DNA from: Vibrio vulnificus CMCP6
GTDB taxonomy: Bacteria; Pseudomonadota; Gammaproteobacteria; Enterobacterales; Vibrionaceae
Assembly (NCBI RefSeq): GCF_000039765.1
Contig: NC_004459.3
Span: forward strand, 2,511,127-2,543,126
DNA: 32,000 nt
Reading direction: 5' to 3'
Shown here: piece by piece, positions 23,457 through 31,816 of the stretch
Layout: each line of letters starts with the position of its first letter
Position numbering within the stretch: the first letter of the stretch is position 1
Notes under the pieces: model-generated
The model's input: only the letters and a program-made list of their open reading frames with translations
The model's database searches: none
What the model was told of the DNA's origin: nothing
Program-made: the position numbers and the translations under genes

Positions 23457-23897
23457 ATGGTGTTAGAATTAAGAAAGTCGGTGATATCAGAAGCCAGGGC
23501 TTTTGTTGAAATGGAGTGTTCTCATGATACAAAAGGCTTTGTTATCCCTTATTCACTAGAAAAGCACGCAAGTCTAATAGAGAGCAATGACGTAATTTAT
23601 CTGTCTTTGTACTACGAAAACGAGTTGTCAGGCTTCATAATTTTGTCGCAAGAAAGCCAAGATGTCGTTGAGTTCAGGAGAATTGTTGTTGCTTCCAAAG
23701 GAAAGGGTCTTGGTCAACTCGCAATTAAAGAGATGGAACAGTATTGTGCGGAAAACTTAAACTGTTCAAAAGTCTGGTTAGATGTATTCGAATCAAACTC
23801 AAGAGGAATATATATTTATAAAAAGCTGGGCTATACGCAATTTAAAGAAGCGTTCTATGAAGGTAAGAAATTGTTATTCATGGAAAAAACGTTCTAA
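23457..23897 (+). CDS. GNAT family N-acetyltransferase
   Basis: 146 aa. RRIVVASKGKGLGQLAIKEM followed by IYKKLGY. Confidence 0.7.
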   Translation: MVLELRKSVISEARAFVEMECSHDTKGFVIPYSLEKHASLIESNDVIYLSLYYENELSGFIILSQESQDVVEFRRIVVASKGKGLGQLAIKEMEQYCAENLNCSKVWLDVFESNSRGIYIYKKLGYTQFKEAFYEGKKLLFMEKTF

Positions 23898-24019
23898 CAA
23901 AGCGTTTAAGGCAGATTCCCAACGCCTGGCATTTTTCATTCCATCGTCGGGTTTTGTGTTTACGGTGGCAAGGTTAGGTTTAGTGGTGGCGTTGCTCACT
24001 ACTTAACGCGGCGTTATGT
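23892..24019 (+). repeat. attC site #40
   Basis: R'' TTCTAAC ... R' GTTATGT. Confidence 0.85.
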
Positions 24020-24364
24020 TTAGTCACGTAAAATCAGTTGGTTGCATCTTTTCTTTGTTCCTTCGTATTTCTAATTTTGGTCTTGTCGGCAGGTTAACTT
24101 CAGTGGTCGCTGTTTTCTGGACTCCAATTCGTGGGCGCTAAAAGTTCAGATAGTTGCCTCATTGAAATGCAGAGTGTAGGCGAGGTGAGTGAAGTGATTT
24201 TGATTTCAAAGTTAAAGTCCGGCTTTTCGGTTTCTCACGTTAAAACTCAAAGTCAGAATATTCAAAATTATGAGTTAATTCAGCTTTTTAGCGTCTGGTT
24301 TTGGTTTTCAAAGGTAAGTCGAGTTAAGCTGTTGGTATCGCAAACTTAACCCTTTGAGCCTTAA
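24020..24364 (+). other. ORF-less paralogous cassette, subtype B (copy B4)
   Basis: Homologue of B1. The 72-aa GTG ORF at 24131-24349 is not conserved in B1-B3. Confidence 0.8.
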
Positions 24365-24491
24365 ACATAACAAGGCGTTTAAGAGGGATTCATGCCGCGT
24401 GGCATTTTTGGTTTGCAGTGAGTTTTGGTGGTGAAAGTGGTTTGCAGAAAGTTGGTTTAGGCGGCATTCACCCCTTAACGCGACGTTATAT
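24365..24491 (+). repeat. attC site #41
   Basis: R'' ACATAAC ... R' GTTATAT. Confidence 0.9.
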
Positions 24492-24960
24492 GCAATGGAT
24501 TGGAATGTTTATGAAAGGATTAAATGGCATCTTAAACGGTTTCACCTGGAGAATCGGTTTCTCAGTTGCAATCATTCTGAGTGGGTTGGTTTATACAAAG
24601 TTTGTTGAACCGTCGCTCGGAAATATTCTTGAAGACAAAGAAATCGACGACAAAGCAATTGAGTATTTAGCGGATTTCAAAACTGCCTATGGTTTAACAT
24701 TGAAAAATGTCTTCAAAGATGGGGACGACGTGCGTTTAGCTGTCGTACAGGAAAACCTTACGGAAGACGCATTATATTCTCGTGAAGTTTTAGCATCTGC
24801 GTTTGATGTGAATGGTAATTTTATTGGTAATTGTATCGGCGAAAATGAACTTTTCATTATGCAGCCAAAGGAAACCTCTTATCTTGAGATCAAATGTGCA
24901 TTTGTACCGTCGCAAGTCGAGCAAATCGATTCGTTTAAGTTAAGAATTAAGCCGATTTAG
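24490..24960 (+). CDS. hypothetical protein with N-terminal membrane anchor
   Basis: The track start 24418 lies inside attC#41. In-frame ATGs occur at 24490, 24505 and 24511. There is a single hydrophobic helix, WRIGFSVAIILSGLVY. Confidence 0.55.
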   Translation: MQWIGMFMKGLNGILNGFTWRIGFSVAIILSGLVYTKFVEPSLGNILEDKEIDDKAIEYLADFKTAYGLTLKNVFKDGDDVRLAVVQENLTEDALYSREVLASAFDVNGNFIGNCIGENELFIMQPKETSYLEIKCAFVPSQVEQIDSFKLRIKPI

Positions 24961-24978
24961 CAAGCGCCAGAAAATTGC

Positions 24979-25105
24979 ATATAACAAGGCGTTCAAGAGG
25001 GATTCATGCCGCGTGGCATTTTTAGTATGCGGTTAGTTTTAGTGGTGAAAGTGGTTTGCAGAAAGCTGGTTTATGCGGCATTCACCCCTTAACGCAGCGT
25101 TATGT
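24979..25105 (+). repeat. attC site #42
   Basis: R'' ATATAAC ... R' GTTATGT. Confidence 0.9.
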
Positions 25106-25118
25106 TAATGGAGTTCGT

Positions 25119-25595
25119 ATGAGAGTAATGTTGGTGCTATCTGCAATTGCTTTTTCAGCATTAGGTGCATCTGTAGATGATGCGAAGTTGAATATCAGTG
25201 AAGGTAGATTTGAACAAGGAAAAAGTGAGTTAGAACTTTTGGCTTCAAAAGGTGATGCTGAAGCACAGTACGAGCTTGGTCGTCTATATTTTGGAAGTAG
25301 TGACATGGAGCAAGATTACTCTAAAGGTATCCCGCTTTTACGGAGTTCTGCAGGACAAGGTTATCCAGTGGCTCAAGTTGATCTTGCGGAACTGTACTTA
25401 TATGGAATTGGGGTGTTACAAGATTTTAAGGCTGCATATATGTGGGCGAATATTGGCACTCATAATGGAAACAAAAGAGGTGAGGATGTTCGGAATCAAG
25501 CCGGAAAACTGCTCGCAAAAGAAGATATTAGCAAGGCTCAAGACTTATCTCGTTTTTGTTTAAAAAGTGGGTACGTAGATTGCGGTGAGTATTAA
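25119..25595 (+). CDS. Sel1-repeat (SLR/TPR-like) protein with signal peptide
   Basis: Signal peptide MRVMLVLSAIAFSALGA. Sel1-like repeats: GDAEAQYELGRLYFG and GYPVAQVDLAELYLYGIGVLQDFKAAYMW. ATG 25119 follows GGAG. Confidence 0.7.
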   Translation: MRVMLVLSAIAFSALGASVDDAKLNISEGRFEQGKSELELLASKGDAEAQYELGRLYFGSSDMEQDYSKGIPLLRSSAGQGYPVAQVDLAELYLYGIGVLQDFKAAYMWANIGTHNGNKRGEDVRNQAGKLLAKEDISKAQDLSRFCLKSGYVDCGEY

Positions 25596-25721
25596 CATAA
25601 CAAAGCGTTCAAGAGGGATTCATGCCGCGCGGCATTTTTGGTATGCGGTTGGTTTTGGTGGTAAAAGTGGCGTGCGTAAAGTTGGTTTATGCGGCATTCA
25701 CCCCTTAACGCGGCGTTAGCT
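25595..25721 (+). repeat. attC site #43
   Basis: R'' ACATAAC ... R' GTTAGCT. Confidence 0.9.
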
Positions 25722-25738
25722 AACAAGGAGATTTGAGT

Positions 25739-26518
25739 GTGTCGAGGAAATGTTTTCTTTGTTTCATTCTGATTCTATGGAATAACTTTTCTTATGCCGA
25801 AGTTATTTCGTATCCTAATTGTGAGCGAAGTGAAAGTTTAAAAACGCCGATTCAACTCTATTTGTCCGAAAAAGTACTGGCAACTCGAACTAAGGATGCT
25901 GTTCACCAAATACTCAACAAATGGGTTAATTATTCGAATGTTGTATTACGCAACTCATGTGTCCCAATCGAGCGTTATTTAAGTAAAGTGGAGTTTCTCG
26001 ATGATATTGATGAGACTTGGTTTCAATCTTTAAGTGCAGCGAAAGTATTGCTTACTTTAAGCCTTGGCTACGAACCACCTGAATTGAATAACAGATCTAT
26101 ACCAAGTTTTGTTGGTGTGGTTTTTGATAGCTATAAAGCTAGTTTTGGCGGGTCTAATTGCGGATTATCAAGCGATTCGGGTAACTTTTTCTTCGCTGCT
26201 TTAGATTGCGCAGACTTTGTTATGGAACATGAAATAGGACACTTAAGCGGGGCTCATCATGATCACGAGTCAATTTTATCCTCTCACTCAACTTTAAATG
26301 CTTTTGAGCAAACGACTTATCCTCGGATAAAGTCATTTGCTTATGGTTGGCGCTGCGGTAATTACGGGACGGTAATGTCATTTGCACCCCAAAAGATCCC
26401 AGCTTACTCATCTCCAGAGTTATTTGTGGGTGACCTAGCATGTGGTGACCAACGTTTGGGTGATAATGCGCGTGTTATGAGAACATATGCGCTTAAACAT
26501 ATGCGAAAATTTGATTAG
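25739..26518 (+). CDS. secreted metzincin-type zinc metalloprotease
   Basis: HEIGHLSGAHH (HExxHxxGxxH) at nt 26228-26257. N-terminal signal peptide. GTG 25739 lies 8 nt after AAGGAG and is preferred over TTG 25733. Confidence 0.7.
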   Translation: MSRKCFLCFILILWNNFSYAEVISYPNCERSESLKTPIQLYLSEKVLATRTKDAVHQILNKWVNYSNVVLRNSCVPIERYLSKVEFLDDIDETWFQSLSAAKVLLTLSLGYEPPELNNRSIPSFVGVVFDSYKASFGGSNCGLSSDSGNFFFAALDCADFVMEHEIGHLSGAHHDHESILSSHSTLNAFEQTTYPRIKSFAYGWRCGNYGTVMSFAPQKIPAYSSPELFVGDLACGDQRLGDNARVMRTYALKHMRKFD

Positions 26519-26641
26519 CTAACAAACAGTTTAAGAGGGATTCAGCACGCGTGGCATTTTTGGTATGCGGTGGCTTCGGTGTTGAAGTGCCATGCAGTAG
26601 TTTAGGTATTGCGTGCTTCACCCCTTAACTGGGCGTTATAT
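26517..26641 (+). repeat. attC site #44
   Basis: R'' AGCTAAC ... R' GTTATAT. Confidence 0.9.
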
Positions 26642-26663
26642 TTTCATTCGAGGTAAGGGGTAC

Positions 26664-27131
26664 ATGGAAAGGACTCTGATTTTATTTTGTCTGCTATTTT
26701 CATCTCTTTCTTTGGCATCCAGTTCGAACAATGCTTTTGAGTTCAAAGAGTACTTGGCTACAGAAATTGAAGCTGATGAGCTTAGAAAAGTTGGCTTACA
26801 TTTGGTGACTCTTTGGGAGCAACAGCACGATATTTATATCACGCAAAAAAAGTTTGTTAACTCTGAACTCGAAGAGGCAATAGATTTGATGGTTAACATA
26901 GTCAACGCAGAAAGATGCCTTACAGAAGTTCAAAAACACTATCCGTCAGAGCCGCTTTTGAAATCGAAGTATTTTAGTAGTATTGATTTAGCGTTCGAGT
27001 ATCGAAAGGCAGATGGATACTTATGGAACTTGGTTAGAGAGCATCAAGATGTGGTACTTTCGCGTATTGAGAAAGAGCGCTGTAAAGATATTTTGAGTGT
27101 TAGCGAAATCGAAAATATAACAAAGCGTTAA
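26664..27131 (+). CDS. secreted hypothetical protein
   Basis: Signal peptide MERTLILFCLLFSSLSLASS. The track start 26613 lies inside attC#44. The stop lies 4 codons into attC#45. Confidence 0.55.
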   Translation: MERTLILFCLLFSSLSLASSSNNAFEFKEYLATEIEADELRKVGLHLVTLWEQQHDIYITQKKFVNSELEEAIDLMVNIVNAERCLTEVQKHYPSEPLLKSKYFSSIDLAFEYRKADGYLWNLVREHQDVVLSRIEKERCKDILSVSEIENITKR

Positions 27132-27241
27132 AGAGGGATTCATGCCGCGTGGCATTTTTGGTTTGCAGTGAGTTTTGGTGGTGAGAGTGGTCTGCAGAAG
27201 GTTGGTTTAGGCGGCATTCACCCCTTAACGCAGCGTTATAC
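27115..27241 (+). repeat. attC site #45
   Basis: R'' ATATAAC ... R' GTTATAC. Confidence 0.9.
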
Positions 27242-27252
27242 GTAATGAGAGT

Positions 27253-27558
27253 ATGAAGACATATTTATTGGTAGCAACACTGCTTCAACTGACTCTACTG
27301 AGTTTTTCGAAATATTATGGTTCTATTGCGAAAGATGTACTTAAAAGCGCAGTGGAAGCACAAGGCTCTAATCTTCTATCTTCACTTGATAAGTTTCAGT
27401 ATTACAGTGACCTAGATGATTATTTAGGCTATGTTTCTGCCACAATTTGGGTGATGGTTGTAGTAGCCACAAAGTTGAAAAATGTATCAAGCACCAATAT
27501 GGCAAATTTGGTTATTTGTTTACCATTGTTATTTTATATGGTTTTGATGGCTATTTAG
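27253..27558 (+). CDS. small membrane protein
   Basis: 101 aa with hydrophobic segments at the N-terminus, in the middle and at the C-terminus. Confidence 0.5.
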   Translation: MKTYLLVATLLQLTLLSFSKYYGSIAKDVLKSAVEAQGSNLLSSLDKFQYYSDLDDYLGYVSATIWVMVVVATKLKNVSSTNMANLVICLPLLFYMVLMAI

Positions 27559-27606
27559 CACAAAATTTGAGTGGTTAAATAACGAGAAGTAATGATTGGA
27601 AATTAC

Positions 27607-27733
27607 GTATAACAAACAATTTAAGAGTGATTCAGCACGCGTGGCATTTTTGGTATGCGGTGGTTTTGGGTGTTGAAAGTGGTCTGCAGCGGCTTGGTCA
27701 TTGCGTGCTTCACACCTTAATTGGGCGTTATAT
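27607..27733 (+). repeat. attC site #46
   Basis: R'' GTATAAC ... R' GTTATAT. Confidence 0.9.
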
Positions 27734-28017
27734 CACGACGGTCATCACAGGTAGAGTGTATGGATATCATGACCAAGTATGATTTTTAGACGATGGTTCA
27801 GTGTGAAAGACGTCAAAAGGGACGAATATTAGTTATTTCTATGCTAACCTTGAGGCGCTTTCGCGCTTCTTAATATGGCGCAGCAATTAAAGTAATCGCG
27901 GCAGCGCACTCAAGGTAGTGCGATAACAAATACTTCGGCTTCGATTTTTTGTCTTCTAACGCCTATCTCATTGTATTAAATCACTATTTTAGTCAAATTT
28001 AGCTGACGTTGGTCGTG
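27734..28017 (+). other. cassette with no ORF (unique sequence)
   Basis: 284 bp between attC#46 and attC#47 with no ORF above about 10 codons on either strand. It contains several short GC hairpins, such as GAGGCGC-TTTC-GCGCTTC and CGCACT-N6-AGTGCG. Confidence 0.5.
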
Positions 28018-28146
28018 ACATAACAAAGCATTCAAGACAGATTCGCGCCTACGTGCATTCGTAGTTTACTTTGGGTATATCTGAAAAACGTAGTTTGCTG
28101 AGAGTACGTCACTGACGGCTCTCACTGCTTAATGCGCGCGTTATAT
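28018..28146 (+). repeat. attC site #47 (divergent subtype)
   Basis: R'' ACATAAC ... R' GTTATAT. AACAAAGCATTCAAG pairs with CTTAATGCGCGCGTT. The centre is unrelated to the other attCs. Confidence 0.75.
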
Positions 28147-28180
28147 GCTTTCAAAATCTGTGAGCAAAAGGGAGTTTAAA

Positions 28181-28549
28181 ATGATTCTAAATCATGTCTC
28201 AGTTGGTGTTTCAAATGTGCCATCTGCGGTGGTTTTTTACGATTCAGTTCTATCTGCTTTGTCCATAAAACGGGCTCATTACATCGAGAATGTCGCGGCT
28301 GCCTACGGCGAAAACTTTGAGTTTTGGGTAGGTTACCCATGTGAAAATGCAGCCTCTTCAGGTAATGGAACTCACATTGCTTTCAATGCGCCAAACAAAG
28401 AAGCTGTTGACAAGTTTTATGCTACTGCATTAGAGCTCGGTGGCGAGTGTGCCGGTAAGCCTGGCTTGCGTCCAGAGTACGGTGAGACTTACTATGCAGC
28501 GTTTGTCCGCGATGTTGACGGTAACAAAATTGAAGCAGTCTTTATGTAG
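28181..28549 (+). CDS. VOC family (glyoxalase/bleomycin-resistance fold) protein
   Basis: MILNHVSVGVSNV, GTHIAFNA and AAFVRDVDGNKIEAV are typical of VOC. ATG 28181 follows AAGGGAG. The track start is 28145. Confidence 0.75.
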   Translation: MILNHVSVGVSNVPSAVVFYDSVLSALSIKRAHYIENVAAAYGENFEFWVGYPCENAASSGNGTHIAFNAPNKEAVDKFYATALELGGECAGKPGLRPEYGETYYAAFVRDVDGNKIEAVFM

Positions 28550-28561
28550 CCGAAGCTACGC

Positions 28562-28688
28562 ATATAACAAGGCGTTCAAGAGGGATTCATGCCGCGTGGC
28601 ATTTTTGGTATGCGGTGAGTTTTGGTGGTGAAAGTGGGCTGCGGAAAGTTGGTTTATGCGGCACTCACCCCTTAACGCGGCGTTATGC
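28562..28688 (+). repeat. attC site #48
   Basis: R'' ATATAAC ... R' GTTATGC. Confidence 0.9.
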
Positions 28689-29039
28689 TTAATTACGTAA
28701 AATCAGTGGTTTATGGTTTTTCTTTGTTCCCTCAGCTTTTTAGTTTTGTGCTCGTCGGCAAGTTGGCTTTTTTGAGCGCTGTTTTTCGGACACTTATTCT
28801 TCGGCGCTAAAAACTCTGAGAATTGCCTCAATCAATTCTCGGGCAAGCGCGAGGTTAGGGCGGTTGGCTCAATCAGAAATCCATTTCTAGGTTTTCAAAC
28901 TTCAAACCAGATTTGCCAAAATTCCGAGCCTGATTATCAAAACTATGATTCATTTCGGTTTTCTGTGTTTTGGCTTTTGTGTGTAAATCAAAGTCGAGTT
29001 AATCTTGGTTCTATTAAAACGTAACCCATTGAAGTTTAA
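28689..29039 (+). other. ORF-less paralogous cassette, subtype A (copy A8, mosaic of A3-type middle and A1-type 3' end)
   Basis: The middle block matches A3. The last ~95 bp match A1 nearly base for base. Confidence 0.8.
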
Positions 29040-29166
29040 GCATAACAAGGCGTTCAAGAGGGATTCATGCCGCGTGGCATTTTTGGTATGCGGTGAGTTT
29101 TGGTGGTGAAGGTGGTCTGCGGAAAGTTGGTTTAGGCGGCACTCACCCCTTAACGCAGCGTTAGTA
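29040..29166 (+). repeat. attC site #49
   Basis: R'' GCATAAC ... R' GTTAGTA. Confidence 0.9.
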
Positions 29167-29590
29167 CGGGGGTGGCATCAAAGGTTAAAAGTTTCAGTGT
29201 TTATTGGTTTCGTTTCCTAGCTTTACACCTGCACGGGCATGCCTTTCACGTTCTTTCCGGTGGCACTATATGCGGAGTTTCCGCTTTGACTTCAGCGTTT
29301 ACGGTTTCTAATTTTTTGGCTATTTCGTGGGCGCGGCTTCTTTTGTGTTGTTGGCTTTTTAGCCTTCAATTCTGTACGTTGGTGTGGTTGTAAAAGTTTG
29401 GTGACCGAATCCTTTGCTAATTTGAAACTGGTCAAAATGGGGTAGTTTGGCGCGTTTTTCTTCTAGCCAATTTGCGGTTTGAAGTTGAGTTCTAGTTTGG
29501 CCGTTGTCCCTATAGTTTCAGCGTTTTAAGCCAACAGTTTCGTGCTATATTTCAATATGTTGGTGCATACCAGAAGGTTCAGGAACAGCG
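29167..29590 (+). other. ORF-less cassette, possible distant relative (subtype C) of the A/B family
   Basis: T/G-rich + strand. Shares short blocks with A/B: TCAGTGTTTATTGGTTTCGTTTCCTAGCTTT versus TCAGTGGTTTATGGTTTTTCTTTG..TTAGCTTT, and TTCGTGGGCGC. The only ORF is a 73-aa GTG ORF rich in Cys, Phe and Leu, judged spurious. Confidence 0.45.
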
Positions 29591-29716
29591 TACTAACAAA
29601 CAATTTAAGAGTGATTCGGCACGCGTGGCATTTTTGGTTTGCGTTGGTTTTAGTGGTTAAGGTGGTATGCGGCAGCATCGGTATTGCGTGCCTCACACCT
29701 TAATTGGGCGTTATAT
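29591..29716 (+). repeat. attC site #50
   Basis: R'' TACTAAC ... R' GTTATAT. Confidence 0.9.
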
Positions 29717-29731
29717 TTATTTGAGGCTTCC

Positions 29732-30283
29732 ATGAGAATTGAACATTTTTATAAAGTGGATAATGCTAGAATCATAGCCGACCTTTCTGATGATAATAAG
29801 CACAGGGTATCTCTAACAATCCCTCTTTTAGATAGATCTACAAATAAAACCCTATGTATTATTGGACAAAACCCGAGTAAAGCTAATCAGCTTTGTGCAG
29901 ATAAAACCCTGCATTTTCTAGAGCGATTTGTTTATGAACGAATGCCACAGTACTCGAAGATTGTAATGCTCAACTTATATACAAGGTTTGATACTGCAAA
30001 AGAATTTAAGGTCGATCTACTACGCTTGGATTCTGAGCGAAAGGTTCGGCGAATTTTAAAGGAAAATACAGACTTTCTGCTTGTCTTTGGTAAGCTAAAA
30101 AATCAAGGTGGGTACAAATTCCCTAAAAAATTTTCTCACTTTAAACATCACTTAATGGGTAAAAATAACTACATCATAGGTGTTGACGGTATAAACGATT
30201 ACGCACCACATCCAGGAAATAAAGATATTTACTACGGTAACTATACTTACTCACCAAGACGAGTAAATGTAGAGGAACTTTAA
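29732..30283 (+). CDS. DUF1643-like protein
   Basis: 183 aa. LCIIGQNPSKAN..DKTLHFLERF..IVMLNLYTRFD resembles the DUF1643 signature (NPS.A...D.T...NL) as I recall it. ATG 29732 is preferred over the track start 29684, which lies inside attC#50. Confidence 0.5.
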   Translation: MRIEHFYKVDNARIIADLSDDNKHRVSLTIPLLDRSTNKTLCIIGQNPSKANQLCADKTLHFLERFVYERMPQYSKIVMLNLYTRFDTAKEFKVDLLRLDSERKVRRILKENTDFLLVFGKLKNQGGYKFPKKFSHFKHHLMGKNNYIIGVDGINDYAPHPGNKDIYYGNYTYSPRRVNVEEL

Positions 30284-30409
30284 ATATAACAAACAATTTA
30301 AGAGTGATTCAGCACGCTTGGCATTCTTGATTTGGGTTGAGTTGAGAGTTTACGGTGGTCAAATTGAGAGTCGTGGTCGCGTGCTTCACACCTTAATTGG
30401 GCGTTATGT
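30284..30409 (+). repeat. attC site #51
   Basis: R'' ATATAAC ... R' GTTATGT. Confidence 0.9.
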
Positions 30410-30429
30410 AACAAGGAGAGTTTGGCTAA

Positions 30430-30936
30430 ATGGAAGTAATATCTGAAAGGCTACGGATGAAGCCATTATCGGGAAATGACTTGTCTTTATTTCTACAACT
30501 CCATACAAACCCAAGTGTCATTTCGCTCTGTTTCGATGAACTGCCAAAGTTAGAAATTGAGAGTAAATTTAAATCTCGATTAGCACCTTGGTTTGTAGAT
30601 TCGGAGCATTGGTTATGTTTAGTTGTTGTCGAGTCCACAACGAATAAAGCAGTAGGTATAACAGGTTTTTGTGTTAACGATTCTGTTGCTGAAGTTGGGT
30701 TTATGTTTTTACCCGAATATCATGGGCTCGGGTATGGTACAGAGTCACTGCAAGCCCTCATAAATTATTCAATGTCAGAGTTCGGCATCGATAAATACAG
30801 TGCAGTTGTCACCGAGGGCAACATTGGTTCCGAAAAGGTACTTACAAAAGTGGGTTTTGTGCTCGATAGGATAGTGCCTCAAGCTTATGAAATTGGTGGT
30901 CATTTGTACGCAGACCATGTCTACAAATATGTGTAA
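30430..30936 (+). CDS. GNAT acetyltransferase, RimJ/RimL-like
   Basis: SERLRMKPLS at the N-terminus, then VGFMFLPEYHGLGYGTES. AAGGAG lies upstream. Confidence 0.7.
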   Translation: MEVISERLRMKPLSGNDLSLFLQLHTNPSVISLCFDELPKLEIESKFKSRLAPWFVDSEHWLCLVVVESTTNKAVGITGFCVNDSVAEVGFMFLPEYHGLGYGTESLQALINYSMSEFGIDKYSAVVTEGNIGSEKVLTKVGFVLDRIVPQAYEIGGHLYADHVYKYV

Positions 30937-30943
30937 AATTGTT

Positions 30944-31070
30944 ACATAACAAGGCGTTCAAGAGGGATTCATGCCGCGTGGCATTTTTGGTTTGCAGTGA
31001 GTTTTAGTGGTGAAAGTGGTCTGCGGAAGGTTGGCTTAGGCGGCATTCACCCCTTAACGCAGCGTTATAC
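30944..31070 (+). repeat. attC site #52 (last attC in window)
   Basis: R'' ACATAAC ... R' GTTATAC. Confidence 0.9.
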
Positions 31071-31095
31071 CACTACTGTTCAAAAAGCTTGCGTT

Positions 31096-31113
31096 TATAT
31101 AAAATTTTATATA
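31096..31113. promoter_or_regulatory. perfect 18-bp palindrome, candidate operator overlapping a promoter
   Basis: TATATAAAATTTTATATA lies between a TTGCGT -35-like hexamer (31089-31094) and the HTH gene start at 31146. Confidence 0.5.
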
Positions 31114-31145
31114 TCCTTTACCTCAAAGTAAGAGAGGTAAAGAAC

Positions 31146-31442
31146 ATGACAAGCATTTCATTCGACACAATGATCGCCGAGAATTTCTCGCCTTTTGAAA
31201 TTGTAGAAATGGACGTAAAAGGCAAACTTTTTACAATCATCAACTCTAAAATCCACCAGAAAGGCTGGAGCCAAAAAGAAGCCGCTGTGGCTCTTGAAAT
31301 CACTCAGCCAAGGATTAGTAATCTTAAAAACCTTCATCACGATAAATTTTCAATCGAGGCTTTAATGAAGCTTGCAGATAAATTGGGTTGTGAAATTGAG
31401 GTTAGTACAAAGTCTGGGTTGACTATCGCAATTTCAGAATAA
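31146..31442 (+). CDS. XRE-family HTH protein (HigA/HTH_37-like antitoxin candidate)
   Basis: GWSQKEAAVALEITQPRISNLKNLHHDKFSIEALMKLADKLG is a typical HTH_37-type antitoxin core. ATG 31146 follows AGAGAGG. The track start is TTG 31089. Confidence 0.7.
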   Translation: MTSISFDTMIAENFSPFEIVEMDVKGKLFTIINSKIHQKGWSQKEAAVALEITQPRISNLKNLHHDKFSIEALMKLADKLGCEIEVSTKSGLTIAISE

Positions 31443-31443
31443 G

Positions 31444-31476
31444 CAAAAAAGAGGGAGCGTGCTCCCTCTTAAAATT
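31444..31476. terminator. hairpin terminator between convergent genes
   Basis: AGAGGGA-GCGTGC-TCCCTCT. It is preceded by A6, which gives a U6 tract for the - strand transcript, and followed by TTAAAATT. Confidence 0.6.
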
Positions 31477-31816
31477 AATGGATCCCTTGAGCTGATTTGA
31501 AATCTTTAAACCGTTGTTCAACGGTAGCTTTGATTTTGGGATCTTGACCATTTCTGGATTTAGTGGCAAAAGCCAAAACTTCGATGTGACCATCGACCAA
31601 TGTTGTGTAGAACATACGACCCGCAGGACGACCTTTAACTTTGACCTCTACAACCGAAGTATGAACTGATTTGAACTTTTCGGTATCGAGGCTCGAATAC
31701 TCACCTTTTTTAAGAGTTTCTTCAACATAAGTTCTGAAGGCTTTCTGGGCATCTTTTGGAAGCTTTGCGAACTCACGAGTCGCAGGTTTTGAAACACAAA
31801 CATTAATTTTTGACAT
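31475..31816 (-). CDS. RelE/ParE-superfamily toxin (gp49/HigB-like)
   Basis: 113 aa. LPKDAQKAF..VVEVKVKGRPAGRMFYTTLVDGHIEVLAFATKS matches the gp49/HigB-like toxin pattern. AAGGAG lies 7 nt upstream on the - strand. Confidence 0.65.
   Translation of the reverse strand: MSKINVCVSKPATREFAKLPKDAQKAFRTYVEETLKKGEYSSLDTEKFKSVHTSVVEVKVKGRPAGRMFYTTLVDGHIEVLAFATKSRNGQDPKIKATVEQRFKDFKSAQGIH

Noticed and set aside
25252-25563. 103-aa + strand ORF overlapping the Sel1-repeat gene in another frame, plus numerous antisense ORFs inside genes (1971-2159, 4056-4319, 7947-8177, 9116-9298, 9937-10155, 10601-10795, 13057-13239, 13175-13444, 14443-14628, 14812-15009, 18015-18254, 19508-19735, 25100-25306, 26220-26441, 30426-30638, 31118-31303, 31158-31340).
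   Set aside because: Each is fully embedded in a longer ORF that has recognisable motifs or better start context. None has its own RBS or motif.
29172-29393. 73-aa GTG-initiated ORF in cassette 29167-29590.
   Set aside because: No RBS and an extreme Cys/Phe/Leu/Trp bias from T-rich DNA. The cassette resembles the non-coding family.
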